Program-made: the position numbers and the translations under genes
Source: Haliotis rufescens
Lineage: Eukaryota
Direction of reading: 5' to 3'
Length of the DNA stretch: 64,000 nucleotides
Assembly: GCF_023055435.1 (NCBI RefSeq)
Contig: NW_025963846.1
Location: 8,494,001 to 8,558,000 of the forward strand
The notes under the pieces: model-generated
Database searches by the model: none
What the model was told of the DNA's origin: nothing
The model's input: only the letters and a program-made list of their open reading frames with translations
Shown: piece after piece, positions 24,997-40,084 of the stretch
Layout: the number at the start of each line of letters is the position of its first letter
Position numbering within the stretch: position 1 is the first letter of the stretch

Positions 24997-25162
24997 GGGG
25001 GCGGTCGGGTAGCCTAGTGGTTAAAGCGTTAGCTCGTCACGCCGAAGACTCGGGTTCGGTTCCCAACATGGGTACGATGTGTGAAGCCCATTTCTGGTGT
25101 CCCCCGCCGTGATATTGTTTTAATATTGCTAAAAGCGGCGTAAAACCGAACTTTCTCACTCA
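24997..25162 (+). mobile_element. SINE family A inserted in a family C2 copy
   Basis: Full-length A copy. Approximate TSD ttgtgaatat / ttgtaattat. Confidence 0.88.
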
Positions 25163-25487
25163 GTTGTAATTATGGGAAGGGTCTTCCCCTTGCTTTTATT
25201 TATTAGCACAATTTCATCACGTGAGGAATCAAACACGCGCCTTCATCGTGACTAGCAAACGCAATAACTTACACGACCGAATCAATGCAAGTCAACAGCC
25301 AGTGGTGACACCCGGTGTTATCAAAGCTGGTAGAAAAGTGGTAAAGACATCTTTACTGCACTGACATATGGTGGAGTGGATACTTCACTGATGGGGCATG
25401 TGCTACTCTGATTTTAGCTACGATAAATCAAAGCCTTATAACCTTGCTTGGAAATATAAAAGACAAAAAAACATTTCCATAATCATT

Positions 25488-25700
25488 AGAAAAGGTGAGC
25501 GTATCCTGCCCCACTGATAGCACCCGTCACAAACAGATGCAAAGGCCAGATATCTGTTTACCTGAAAAAGGCACGGAACATATGGTACAAAGCACAATAT
25601 GTACTGGTTCGGACAAGCATGTGTTTGTGAATCAGGACCAAATAGTGACGACACCAGGTGTTAGCGAATAGGCAAGCGTAGACTGACCCACCGGTGGTGG
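25488..25700 (-). mobile_element. Two family C fragments in tandem
   Basis: aaaggtgagcgtatcctgcccc...cacccgtcacaaa, then gtgacgacaccaggtgttagcgaa. Confidence 0.6.
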
Positions 25701-28700
25701 AAACCTATTCCGACCCCAACTGTGAGATTTGATATTTTTTTCAAAGTGGAGAAAATACATTACAATTTAAAACCATGTAGATTTGAAGATTAAGATAAAG
25801 TGTTTGGAAAAGAGAGGACATATCTCATTATGATCTAAACATAAAAAAACCCATTTCACACGGAACATGAAAAGGAAGTGAAGCGAAAACTTAAAAGAAT
25901 TAAGAATTTATCAATCCATAGTAAGCACCAAGACACCGGAGAGAGCTTGATCTCTTAATACTTTTAACGATAAACTGGCATTCCCGCCATGTTCATGGGT
26001 TGGTGTGCTCTGACTGGGCTTCGTCTGATGCTGGGAATGTCAACACCACAGCACTTATTTATTGATACCTTACAACTGTTGACATCTATTGAACACTCAA
26101 TTAGGCCAGCATCAAAGCAGGATTGGTCGTCATCCCACGGATCCACGATTGATTGTAGGTTTCAGGGTCAGAAGTCAGCAATGGTTGTTGTGACAGCAGC
26201 TGGGACACATGGTGTGTTGGTTTATCTTGCTCTCTGTCAATGTAATAATGATTTAATACTTCGGGGTCCAGGCTATCAAGTGCATACCTAATTCAAGATT
26301 AACGTGCCGAAATCAAAATGTCCTTCTTCAAGTAGGCCACAACCGAATTTAAGCAATATTGAAACTTTTGGTTTGGACAATGACACATATAACGCAGAGG
26401 AAAAGTATTTGAATAACATTAACGTGTTGAAAATCCTTAGTTACTTTTTTATGTAAAATTAATGCAGCATTTGGATGTTTGAGAATATGACACTGATTAC
26501 TCACAGACAGTGTAAGGTATGACATCAACATAAATTACATAATTTGTCGTTATAATAACGTAGGACTACCGCGCAAGTCTAGAGGTACATTGGAGTATTT
26601 GGGAAGGGTTAGCCATTGCCAGTGGATATGTTGTGAAGGACAACAGGTTATTATGGTAAAGACATAAATAGTTATAACGTGTACAAAGGTGTAATTGTTA
26701 TCTCTGCAAACAAGAGCCCAGAGGGACGTTCGCAATATGTCCCCTACTGTCTGGGAAATCTCACGAAGTTTATACATGCATATGTACAGGATATATGAAC
26801 TCTTGGAAATATTTATGTACAATCTTTAATTTGTTTAGAGGTTTGGGGTATATATATATAATATCTTTGTAAACCACTGACCAGTCCTATTTGACAAGCC
26901 TGTGTCCAATTAAATGTCTGTCCAGTCATGTACATTTCATTACAAATAGCACAATGGAATCTGTTTCGGCAGATAATCGAGACTGATTATTCTCTGGCTT
27001 TAAGGTTTTATATTTACACCCTACCTTGAACAGGAGCTGACACCAGTACACAAGGCCATTGATCAATCTAGAGTGAAATATATTTCAAAACAGCAATTTA
27101 TAGGGAAAGTGTAAAATATTTAATAACTTACATGTACCAGGTTCTCCCTTTAATGTCTCTTGCAGCAATTCATTCTTATATAGGCTTCGGCAGTCAACAA
27201 ACTGTTTACAGACTGGGACAACATTCGTAGTTTAAGTTAACGAAATTAACCTGTTTGTTTGAAAAAAGAAATCGTTTGACTTTGAGCAAATCTCTTAATG
27301 AAGTTAAGAGAAGTTCAGAAACAAATTATTTGTCACGAAGTACAAGTACTGTGACCAAACAGGCTAAAATTACCGCATGCAGAGTCAACTGAAGAGAGCA
27401 TGTTTTACTTCGAACCAGAAGACGGTTCCGAGTGAACCACAAGGCCCAAGGTTGTGTGTGCTCGTTTAAAGAAGCACTGACAGTCAACTCACGTTTAAAC
27501 ATTGCAACAATGTCAATATATTAGGATATAAATATAGTCAAATTTGTTTAACATGTCCTTTTTATTTAAAACATTGAATATCCGTGCAAAGTGGTATGAA
27601 GAGTTGTCTCCGGGCCTTCAACAGATGCACAAACCTGTATTTCCGAGTGACATTCATTTACCTTTTGCAATGATTATACTAAGAACGTGATCTTCCCTCC
27701 AGCACTTTCTGTGGCATCAAACGCACCTGACACTTTGATGCTCATTTTGAGGTGTAATATATTTCATGTTTGCCCTTGTTCAATTTGCACTTCTTAAGTT
27801 AGACAGATGTCTGTAAAGAAATATTTTTTTTATCTTTTGCTCTCCCAAGTGCATTCAATTAGTGTACGCTTGAATTAGTAATCAAACACCGTATCACACT
27901 ACTGGTCGATCATTTACGGCTGCAAAAACTATTTTCGTTCGTGTCCTGCTGTTAATGATACCACTAATCAAATTTCCCCTTAAGACTTCATTTGTTGTCT
28001 GCATCAATGCACCTTCAAACAATATTTGATAATCGTTTTGAAAAAGATGCTTGTATGGATTTGGATGTCACGTGCTGCGTGATTATGACATATTCACGTG
28101 TAACACGCTAGGCAATACCAATCGATATCTTAAATTATGCAATGCATGAGTACACTGTGAGAATCATAACGAAGAATGCATCCGGCTCGTAAGATACAAT
28201 GTTGTCTGTTTCAATAATCATCAGGTATGAAACTATTGGATGCCCGGCTTTAACCTCCACACCATTTAACTGTTTATGTGTTTATATTGCCTACATGCAA
28301 AACGTTAGTAATATAAGGATTCAGCAGATAATGGTATGTTTACAAAATATCGGTCTTGGTTACAAGGAGTACCCTTACGGGGTTTTCATCTTTTTCTGGA
28401 GAAATGTTTCTCTTGCATTCCTTATCGCTTTTGAAGCATAAAAATATTATTACATGTACTTTTTAAACTCTAAAACCTCATTTGTACATTGCACATCTAT
28501 AGACTATTCGAGAAGAAATATCTAGATATGGGTGTGGTCAAGATTAAGCACGCCTCTTTCCTTTAACGACAAACCATTTAAACTAAATGTAAACACCATA
28601 AACAGATGTTTGTATTGAATACTCCTGAGTCTCACAGAAAAAGGACCCCGAGATTTGATGCCAAGTTGAAGGCACGATTCTCTCACGTAAACTGCAAAAT

Positions 28701-29063
28701 AGTCTTGGCAAGAATATTTTAACATCCTCGTCAAAAGCGCTTGCCACTGAACCAGTGTTCCCTTTGATGGACAACGGAAATTGTGACTGAGACGTATGCC
28801 CTTGCGTGTCCACGATGTGGATTTGAATACATATGTGATATTTTAAGTAAATAACACAGTGCATTAGGATGGGTAGTAGGGTTTATGCTGGGTGAAAGCC
28901 GTGGAGTTTCTGATATCCTTTAATCACAACAGACGCCAGCAGGTCAACAGTAGATAATCCACCTGATCATGTTTGAAGACAAGGAGAAATTGGTGACTTA
29001 CAGGTGATTAAATGTCACTTCGTAATAGGTTGAATTAAGAATGTCAAGGTCTTAAGGGTACTA

Positions 29064-29254
29064 NNNNNNNNNNNNNNNNNNNNNNNNNNNNNNNNNNNNN
29101 NNNNNNNNNNNNNNNNNNNNNNNNNNNNNNNNNNNNNNNNNNNNNNNNNNNNNNNNNNNNNNNNNNNNNNNNNNNNNNNNNNNNNNNNNNNNNNNNNNNN
29201 NNNNNNNNNNNNNNNNNNNNNNNNNNNNNNNNNNNNNNNNNNNNNNNNNNNNNN
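29064..29254. other. Assembly gap (191 N)
   Basis: Run of N. Confidence 1.
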
Positions 29255-29789
29255 ATACAGGTGTCTGGTTTACGCGGCACTAATATCAAGGTGATTTAGA
29301 AAGATAATGTGATCATGTAATATGTACATGAATTCCAGTACAAAGATAAGGTTTATTGGTACAAGTGTTCACTAATATCCATATACACTGACGTGCGTGA
29401 TCACTATGCTTACATAAAATAGTTCCAGGGGCTCGTATGTGTCCATAAACTATATTTTGCAATCTTGCATTTAAATATTTATGAAATGAAACATGTAACA
29501 TGTTACAATCAATAGACCTTGATACCTAGACGAGCATTTGACAAAGTGATGCATAACGTATGGACATCGCATGGACAACCTAGACATGGTTTCAATATTG
29601 CTGTGTGTTCATTACATTGCTGAATCGTCCCCTTTTCCTTTAGGTAAACTAGAAGTGACATACTGAGAACAAACTTTTTATAACACTCCATCTTCTTTCA
29701 ATCAGTAGTTCAATACATTTCGATACACAGTGTTTGAGATTCAAGTGATGCTCTTAATAATTCATAGATATTATCTTGTCAACAGAATG

Positions 29790-29935
29790 AATACATTAGA
29801 AAGAACTCTCTGTTAAAAGCAGAGTCGAGTGCACGATTCCGACTATATCATATAGCATGTGTTTATGAATCACTATCAAATGGTGATGATACCAGGTGTT
29901 CGCGAAAAGGTGAGCGTATCCTGCCCCGCCGATGA
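29790..29935 (-). mobile_element. Family C2 repeat
   Basis: aaaagcagagtcgag...gtgatgataccaggtgttcgcgaaaaggtgagcgtatcctgcc. Confidence 0.75.
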
Positions 29936-30559
29936 GCAATGTGCTAATAATGAAAGGCCGCTATGTCCCTGTGATGATTTAAGAGAATATGATAAACCCT
30001 GTAGCTCAAAGTTATGAGAAAAACACTTGAACAAGTGCACAACCCGTCCTCTTCTCCCACAAACTGGCCATGCTTGAGAGACAAGAACATACACACTCTC
30101 CATCAACCTGTCTGTCATTAAAATGTTAATCTGGAAAGCTTAGGGTGTTCAATATGTATGGACTTGAACTTGTAACCTGTCCAGAGGTGGAGACGCCATA
30201 TCTGCCTAAGCCCACACGGCCATGTGACACTGTGGCACGATGGCTTACTCAGAAGGAGAAGAATCAACAGGTTTGTCATACAGGAATACTGACAGTTGGG
30301 TGATGGTGGGAAGGCCTATGTTGGAGATATGGGGCAGATGTAACAGGAATTGCCAGTCATAAAACACATCCAACACGTTTTTATTTTCAGTAGGATTCAG
30401 AGGTTTGCAGTACGAATTCATTGAAAAGGTCTGGCAATTTTGCAACAGATATGAAGTGCTACGCTGTTTGAATTAACCGTAGGATGCGGGATATCAAACA
30501 ATGCCTAAGACAATTCGTACAAAGTATAGTAAAAATGTACAATCCAATAAAATGAATTT

Positions 30560-30969
30560 AACATGATTGTATACTCATATGCAATCGAAACATTGTAAAT
30601 TTAGAATATATCCCCATAACTTCCTTGTCAATAAATATCGTAGAACGAAGGATAGTGATTGTGAAAATTGTATATGTTTGTAGATTGAAGACGAGTTTCA
30701 ATTTTTATATGTGAAAAATATAAAACGTTGAGATTAAGGTTTCTACCTAATTTAGATATTACACACATATCAATTAATGACCAATTTGTTGAATTCGCAG
30801 AATGAAGAAGGTATCAAATTTTTAGCAATGTATTTGAAGCATATATTTAGACTGAAGTGAATATGTTATGCTATGTTCAAGATCACGTTGATTTTTATGT
30901 ATCTGTTAAAATTGAACTGTACTATGGGCCATATGGCCTTGCATACTGAATAAAATGTCTGTCTGTCTG
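30560..30969 (+). mobile_element. 3' end of a decayed LINE (RTE-X/L2-like)
   Basis: IEDEFQFL-like remnant of the C-terminal zinc knuckle, then AATAAA and a (TGTC)n tail. Confidence 0.45.
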
Positions 30970-32122
30970 AAACATTATGAAATTATATATTATATCATAT
31001 GGCATGATAATGGATCTTAAATAATAAACAAACGTGTTATTTGTGTCCATGTCTAATGATCTTGTATGTTTTAAATAGTGGGTGATAATGTTAATTAGAA
31101 ACAATATACAGTAAAAAATAACAGAAGATGTTTTCGTCGTTTTGTCATTGTTGGACAAAATCCACAGATTTAAGCCGAGATTTGTGTTTTGAATCTAATG
31201 TTTGTGTTATGATTTTGGGTTATCTGGGGGCCATGTTAGAGCCTTCTTGTTATGTTGGCAGGTCATCAAAGACCCAACATGACGCCATGGTCCGTCCACA
31301 TGTAGCTGTACGTGGATGCAATATAATAGAATTATCCTTTAAACAAATACCAGTATTGTCATTCTTTGACTCATCTGTGTAAACGACGGTAACAACTTAA
31401 ATGTTTAATGGGAAAATAATCCCGTCAATATTCTTGTTATTTGGTATTACTGTCTCTGAACACAGACGAAAAAAATACTTTTGACACAGAAATTGAACGA
31501 TGGTCTTGGAGATCAGGTACTTAAATATTTAAGCAATGAGAATTCTTATCACACTAAAATTGATTACCTGAATATCAATAAGGCAGCAAGATTCCCTTTG
31601 TATGAATTCACTCAAAATAAAAATGATCCACCTCCTTCTTGTCTCGGAACAACTAAAATAAAAGGTTTCAAAATAAAAATTCAAAATTGTTTTTTTTTAA
31701 ACTGTTGCAGCAATTACAATTATTTGTAATTGTTTTGTTACTCTGTGACATTTCATCACAATGTTTCAAGCATGCCATTGACCAATTAGAAACAAGAGGA
31801 GATGCCATTCCATAATGAAACTCAAATTTGTTTAAGTTTAACCAAATACCTACTGGCGTAAATTGACATTTTTGTCCAAACGCGAAAATTACAACGGACA
31901 ACATATCACAATGTCAGACTGTAATCTAAAAAAATTATTTGAAAGCGTTTTCAACTTAAGCTCTCCAAACAGCGGCCTCCTGTCTTGGTCAATATTTGTC
32001 CTGTAACACATGGATGTCTTTCTTCATCTTGTTAAAGTCGAGAATTCATTCCATAGCACAACAGATTGACAAGCTATGTACATGTCGAATACAATTGAGT
32101 ATCTAGGCCCTTTTACTGTGAG

Positions 32123-32447
32123 GTGTGATGAAATTGTGTTTAACGTCGCGTCCAAGATTATTGCACTTATAAAGCGACGTGCATGCACGCGTGTGTGTGT
32201 GGGCGCGCGCGCGCGCGTGTGTGTGTGGCTGCTTATACTAGTCCGGACTGATGCCGATTTATAGTGCTAACTCACTGAGATACCATGCCAGTTTAACATT
32301 AATACCCCACTCAGACACAGTATACTGACTCCGAGCGCCGGACAGGGTATCATCTTTTAACGTTATTTGGTACGACGCGGCCGGGGATCGAACCCCGGAC
32401 CTTCCATTATCCGGGCGGACGCTCTACCACTACACCACGGAGGCGGT
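32123..32447 (-). mobile_element. SINE family E (tRNA head, Meta/MESC-like core) with internal deletion
   Basis: Head accgcctccgtggtgtagtggtagagcg...ggttcgatcccc. 12-bp TSD ttttact(g/a)tgag at 32111-32122 and 32448-32459. Confidence 0.85.
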
Positions 32448-35400
32448 TTTTACTATGAGATATAGATTACACATATGGTTAAAAATGTAAGGACTGATTT
32501 CCCAACATTATGCTCTAAATATAATGAATGTGAGTGAGCAAGCTATTACATAGAAGTGGCAATAATTCAGCTATATAGCAACGAGAACCAGTTAATTATT
32601 AATTAATAGTTGTCAAATTTGGACCTTAAAACAGTTTAGTAAATATCACAATTTCAACATTCACCAGAATAAGTTAAGTTATAGAGACACATATAAATTC
32701 TAGAGCTGCAATATTCACAAGTTGTATGACACGTAGCGTTCTTATAAAATAATTTGATACACTACAGCATGACCTCAACACAATAACTCGCTAATATTAA
32801 AGTGTTACGTTTATAAACAGAATTAACAAGACACACGCAGTAAAAGTAGGAAGAACTAAGTAAAAACGCTAGACGCAACAGGTTTAATCACGGATGTTTA
32901 GCACCGATTAAATGGATGCCATACTGGGTTCTCGCCGGGATCAAGAGTTTCACGTGGTACATTCATTTTTTAATTCTATTTTCGCTCCTTCTGTATTTGT
33001 TTGTACATGTTTTTGATTTATCCAGGCCTAAGCGATTCAGTGTACTTCCTTCTACAGTTTAGACGCAGTAGTTTGGATCCTTTTCCTCACCACAATGACC
33101 ATATCATGATGCTGATAATCAAAGAATTCGGACAATGACCTCTCCGATGTTTGGAACGTGTGATCTGGAGTGGATGACGTCATACCATACAACCACAAAC
33201 ACTGCATCTTAAGTACAGGCTCGGTTTAAAACATGTTTTAAGTTCTCTCAAAGTTAAGCATCTGAAAACTTTAAACAAAATTTCAATGTTCCGTCGAAAA
33301 TGGTGTACCTCAGTGCTTGGAATGTCTTGTGGCTTCTTTGTGTTCTGCTGAGATCGTTGGCCCAATAGTCTGAATGTAACACCCTTGTATCGGCGTCTGT
33401 TTGGTACGCTCTTTAATCGCCTCATAGTCCTAACCCACTCGTTAACCAACAAGCTGTTGGGTGTTACAATGAATGCGTAACAAGTTCCACGCTGTTTCAA
33501 TTACAAGGTCGCATGTTACATTCCAATTTGTCCAAAAAAATAACGACAACACAATGTTTAATTTAGGTTAGTAAATCACAGTTTACCTCCACATTAGATA
33601 AATTCAGTTTTAGTCACCCTAAACAAGTTTCCATTATCTTCTGTGTGTCACAATTTTAGACCAACGATTGAAAAACAGGTCAGAGAAAAAAAATTGTGCT
33701 CCGTACTGTGACAAAAAGTGTTTATTAGTGCTTGTGATGCATTTTAGATTTTATCTGTGTTCATATAATTGAATAACGTTATTCGGAAACAAATTAACAA
33801 TGTCTTCATATTGAATTGAATTTATTCCCACATAAATACACAAGGTCAATGCCAAAGTGTAACCAGTCTCGATTATCGGACGAAACACATCCCCTTCGGC
33901 GTAAAAGGCAAATAGAGGTGAAAATTACATAGATGGATCACTGAAAATCAGCGATGACACCAGATAGGCTGATCTGTGTAAACCTTCATTAAATGTATAA
34001 TATATCAGTAATAATTTAGCATGTTGCACTTTACAATTTTACAATAACGTATTAACAAACAACGCATTCAATAGCGTCATTAAATCTATTAACAGTCATA
34101 AACACAATTACAAAATAAGTTTCAAGAAACAATCATCCGTCGATATTTCCGTCCAATGCACGGGCAGACAGATTCCTTCAGAGAGCGTAATTCTACATGG
34201 ATCATATGGAGGAATCACCAAACCTTTGCATAGATTATTTCCATGTCTAACTTATCAATAAATTCATGACCCAGCTTCAAAGGGTTTGGGTATTCAGGTG
34301 AACAATATGAATTCAGCGAATGACCACCCCGACATGACGCCGCTTACAATATTGATAAGTGCATGCCATACACGGCGAGTAGGCAACCTGTGACATAATG
34401 CCCGCAACGAATATTAGAGTCAGAAATAGAACATTTCAACGTAATTTATTTGACAGCCCAGCGTTAGAAATATTACCAAAATACCAGTTATAGCTTCAAA
34501 ATAAGTGCATTTTGAAAATCTGAAAACGTGACACTGATGGATTTTTAAGTTCAAAACTAGATTAGTGAAGGAAAACTGACAAAAAACTCGATGTTTCTGT
34601 CTTATTTCGATATTTAGCCATTATAACACATAAAATTTGGATCGTACATCAAATTTGGAATATAACATTAATACTGTATAAATTCACAAATAGAGTCTGT
34701 ATAATTTTAATTTCAACTTGATTTTAAAGATACTAAGGAATTTAGAGGTATTTAACTTTCAGAAATACTTTGTGGTATTAGATTTGTGGTTTCATACGTG
34801 ATCATCACGCTCGTCCCAAACATCTATTAAAACTTTCAGGAAATACAACATGCTCCCTCAGTGTTCATCTTGGTACTAGTACAAATGAAACGTTGACAGA
34901 ATTACTGTGAATAGATTAAGGAATTCAGAGAGGATAAGATGACAGTCAGAACCATACGTCCGTAACTGACAGATGAGTGATTTGAGTTGATATATTTTAT
35001 CGATGGAAAGGGCACAAGTCACACATACTTACTTACACTCCTGTAAATGTTGATCACAAACGCAAGTTCAAGAATGCATGTTAAATACATGTTAACTATT
35101 GAATAATATTTTTCAAAATCTGTATCCTTATAAATTCCAAACGTAAACGCCAGAAAATAACCAGTCTCTATTATCAGCCGAAACAGATTCCATAGTGATA
35201 AATATTGTATGAATGGATCACTGAAAATCATGACACATACGACATGGGTTGTACTGTATGACAACACGATGATAACATATTTATACTCTTTTATATTCTT
35301 TTTCTTCAGTAGTTTTGACGTATGTTTCCGCAAGTCGCGCACAATGTGTAGATGTATTTTTTTCTAAACGAAGTCATGAACAAGTTGATAATAAGAAAGT

Positions 35401-38099
35401 ACAGTTTACTAAATATGTAGCTTTTGGAATGGAATATCACCTTTCAATCTTACCTCCTGCAAACAGTAGAGACTGAAGGCATGTGATGTTCTTTAAACAA
35501 AAAGCCTACGCAGTGCTATTATCATTTTATAATTATGATATAATTGTCAATGCAAGAGAATAACCTGCCTAGATTGTCTGGTCAAACAGATTCCACTTGG
35601 TGTTATATTATTATTATTATATATATGATATGATAATAAATATATTATTCCACTTAAATTACATGAATGGACCACTGAGAATCAGTGATGACACCAGGTG
35701 TTCGCGAAATGGTAAGCATGTCCTGCCCTATCAGTATCACCCGCCATTCATAAAATTTGCATAAAAAAGTAAGAATAATTACCTTACGCAGAACAGAAGT
35801 ACTCCTGCCATGCAACGTCATCCTGAAGGATACTAGACAATCAAGTGATCGATGAACCAGAAAATCTAGTGACACGAGAGTACCATTACTGATTTTGTTG
35901 AAACGAATAAAAACGATGTGTTAATTTTGAATCACGTACAAGTGCAGAGATTTTGCTGCTTGTAAGTAAAGAGAAACGTTAAGAAATATATAAAAACACT
36001 TCTAACTTTCTCAACTCTACGTCATGCCACGGAATGCAATAAACATAATGAACAATGTTACCCTACTATATAACTTTGGACAAAGATAACAGTATATATT
36101 AACCAAAACCATCAACCATCAAAGATATGTTTTATAGCAAGTTATTATTATGAAACAACGGTAGGGATTCTTCACAGCTGCAGACGTAAAGGAGAAGAAT
36201 TTGCTCTGTGACGTCACCACCAATACTATGACTCCGACGTCATGTTTTGGTATGCTACACATGTAACTCCGAGCCCCACAGCATTATCTTGGAAGCCCTT
36301 GATCCGATAATGTTGGTGGCAAAGTCACGTTAAGCCACATTAAAACAGGTGTCAAGAGGAACGTTGAAGAAGGGATATTGGATGGAAAAGGAACTAGGAA
36401 TGACATGGCTGGAACATGTTTCATACATGCCCATGTTTTGAGTTGTCTGGACGTAATAGTACACTTGGATCAATCGACGTGATGGAGGTGGGCTGAAGAG
36501 AATTGGAAGTGATTGCTTCATAACGGTCAATGCTAAGGCACAGTGCAAAAGAAGAAGAAGAAGGGAAAGAAGACGAAGAAGAGGAAGAAGTATATTCTCG
36601 TGAATCACAAACAGTGACATAGAGAACAAACAGCTCTTATGCAGAGCCGATGTTAGATGAGTCATTTACAAAATACACGATTAACCAGTACAGCAATATA
36701 GTAATACATGCTTAGACCTCCTCCGTTATGCTTAACTAATGTTGTCAAAAGTGTAATTTGTAAGTACATTGCATTAGGTAGACAAAGATGGATATTTACA
36801 GAAATATTTAGGTATAAGAGGTTTCTTAAGTATGAAAAACTTGGTCATCCTACCAGAAAGTGATACTCGTCTCCCACAGCTAAATTACATAACATATATA
36901 TTGGATGAATACCATGAGGAGAAATGTATAAGATTATTGTTAAAATTATTGTTAAGAACTGAGAATGAAACCATAAGAGTGTAGTTACTTCCATTATTTG
37001 CACTTTTCTATTCCATAATTTGTGCCGCTTTTCTTTGACATGTGGAAAAGGGTTTTGTCGCTTTTATTTAAAACCAATATTGTTTTTTTCAGTGAAGCTA
37101 CCATAACGGAATGGCCTCACATAATTACAGATGGATAGATAATTATGTGCTACCGTTTCAAAGAGTTTGCACGGGGCTATACATAATCCACATTAAAACA
37201 TGTTTTAGGATTCCGTATATTTAAATCGAATTGAGTAAAGTGGCGTATTTAATTCAACCCCAAAGACAAACTATGTTACATTTTTAATCACCATTATTCA
37301 ACAATGAAATAAATATCTTACATTCGTCCTTTGGTCGAATTGTTTAGTTGCAACATACAGGCTGGTTCAAGACTGTGATGCTAAATATAGACAAGGCAAT
37401 GTATTTTCTTGAAACATAAAAAAACTACACAAACGTGTAGACGTGTACAAGTAGATTGCCTGGAATAGATGCTTCAGCATTTACTAGCTGTAGTATGTTC
37501 TTCGCGAATTAGCAACAAAGGCCGAAATGCTTTGACCCGTCTTCAACATGCTTCAGGGCAAGGTTAACTGAGCCCTCAAGCCAAGCAAGAAAGCCAACAT
37601 CAAATTTAACTAATAATGACTAACCATTGCGCTACATTTTCCTGTTGACCTACATTAGATTGCAAGAGGTGGTGGTGGTGGTGGTGGTCTGGGGGGGTAT
37701 TAATTGTAATAGTTATGTACATGCTAACGGTAATGTTGCCATGGTGTGTACAAAATGTTTTAACCTTGAATTGAATCACAAACAAAGCAAAGTCAATGGG
37801 AACTATCACAAGTTAATGGCAAAAGTTATGACGAGGTCATTGCTTTGGATAACTATAGGTTTGTGGATAATTTCATGGCATTATTATGTTGTAAATTTTC
37901 CGAAATCGTTAATTCATAGTTGATTCGATATGGATATAAAATTATATTATTAATTAGCGATATGTGAGACAATGGATACTTATGTTGTATTTGTAGCCTT
38001 TGATTTTCTGTGCAGTTAAACACTGCCATAGACTATGGTACTGTTAGTTTACCTTTGATATATCTAGCTGACAAGCCTAACTTTTACCAGCGATTCAAA

Positions 38100-38280
38100 A
38101 GGCAGGACATGCTTACCCTTTTCGCGAACACCTGGTGTCATCATTGATTTTCAGTGAATCATTCAAATACTTTTCACCGCTATTTTACCTTTTACGCCCA
38201 ATGGAATCTGTTTCCCCGGGTAATCATGACTGGTTATACTTTGGCGTTGACGTTTTATTTTTCTGTTCTTGACGTTTTAT
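38100..38280 (+). mobile_element. Family C1 repeat, well preserved
   Basis: ggcaggacatgcttacccttttcgcgaacacctggtgtcatc...ttttacgcccaatggaatc...ggcgttgacgtttt. Confidence 0.75.
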
Positions 38281-38431
38281 TTTTCTTATGTTATTTCAAG
38301 AGTTTGATTAAAGAAATATTCCTGAAGACACATCGGGGTACATTTGAATATATGTAGGTTTCATGGCCCCTATTGCTTCTTACATCTTGCATGCTGCATC
38401 TTGCATCTTGGAAAACAAACCCGAAAAACAA

Positions 38432-38595
38432 GAGTGAGTGAGTATGGCTTTTGAGCGGCTTTTAGCACTATTCCAACAATATCATGACAGGAGACAGCAG
38501 AAACGGCTTCACACATTGTACCCATGTGGGGAGTTGAACCTGAGCCTTTAGCGTGACGGGCGAACACTTTATCAACTTGACTACGCCACCGTCCC
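38432..38595 (-). mobile_element. SINE family A, diverged
   Basis: Reverse complement of the consensus, with a (GAGT)n tail on the left. Confidence 0.8.
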
Positions 38596-39869
38596 TCTTA
38601 AAACAAGATAGAAACCTGGTCTGCCGAACCCGTCCATGTGCACGAATACGTGTTGTGTGCATGAAGCTGTGATGTGAAGCATTTAAGAACTTGAATGAAT
38701 TGCATTACAGACATGTGCCTTACCTGGGGAAAAAACTTTATTTCACAAAGAAATGCATTCCTAAGGCGTTGTACGGGCAATAGCCACAGGATTTCACAGT
38801 GTAATGTTTGTACCATACATGCCAAAATATACAGCCAACAACAGATAACGCGACACAAATCAACTCTGCAAAACCTACAAAACACTCCACGCTGTAGCCT
38901 TAGGTACACAAACCCAGACCATTAAAGAATATATTGCTTGATTTTGTCATCATTTCAAACAAACGACGATAACCAAATCACATCACAAGAAGTTTAATCT
39001 GAGGAAACACTTCATTCGCAGGTTTTGGTGATTTCGGTTTCAGAAAATTGTAAATCAAATCTCAGCGTTTCGTCGTCTACCAAAGGCAATGCCGTTGCTT
39101 GTCGGACTCCAAGATAAGCCAGGTAATCTTCAGCGATCGTGTTCGTTGTCGTCTCCGTGTGGAGAGTCCACGGGGGTGAGGACTTCACAGGACCATGTGA
39201 GCTTGCCCCCGGATGACTTCTCATTGGGCCGGCGATTGGCTCTGTGTCTGAAAGCTGAGGAAATCAGTGTTTTAATTAGATAAACCGGATTTAATCGTCT
39301 GTACTTTTATGTACCAGATACTTACAACATGGCGACCCGGAGCCGCAGCGACCCTGGTATTAGGATAAGGATTCATGCACCAGGATTTAACGTGAATGGT
39401 ATTAGCTCAGCTTAGGGCTTTAATAGGGGCCAGTTTGTTTGTTACTTCATCCCATCAGCCTCCCATGACCTCATCAACCAGAACACACAGTATCACTGTT
39501 GTACGACACGCTGTAATTACACCATCTTGTCACAAATTGTTTTTACAGGCTCAAGTCCTTGTCGTCTTGTGCAGCCCTGGTTGCTGTGTTTGATCATCTC
39601 TGTGTATATGTAACGTTAGCTATATGACCACGTCCGACCAGACGTTCATCATTTTGCTCTAAGAGTTTTCAAGAGGTTCAATTATCTGTATCGAAATGTT
39701 CTATTGAAAGAATAGGTAAGGACCTTGAAGTACATAAGTCATTAACTCCCTTCATATAATTTTCATCACTATTTTGCCTTTTACGCCGAATGGAATCTGT
39801 TTCGACAGGAAATCGATATTCTTATTCTCTGGCATGGCGTTTTATGTTAATGTACTGTTAGTCTGCTGG

Positions 39870-40062
39870 TTGTTTTTGTTTGTTTTCACAGCCAGACAGC
39901 AATATTCCATCAATAGCAAAAGATTTAAATAATACAGTAACTGATATTATGAGCATGAGGGTTATTAAGAAAGTCACAAAGCCAGATCACCTGAGCAATG
40001 TAGTCGACCTCCGACAAAGATTAGAGTGTTGGGAACTTAGTCTAACCCGGGTCCCTACGGGG
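39870..40062 (-). mobile_element. Family D, old diverged copy
   Basis: ttgtttg tail, gcaatattcca, and a head that reads ccccgtagggacccgggttagac on the minus strand. Confidence 0.5.
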
Positions 40063-40084
40063 TTGATAAGAGGGGAGAGGGGAG

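Noticed and set aside
29044-29289. ORFs spanning N runs (also 43582-43993)
   Set aside because: Artefacts of assembly gaps.
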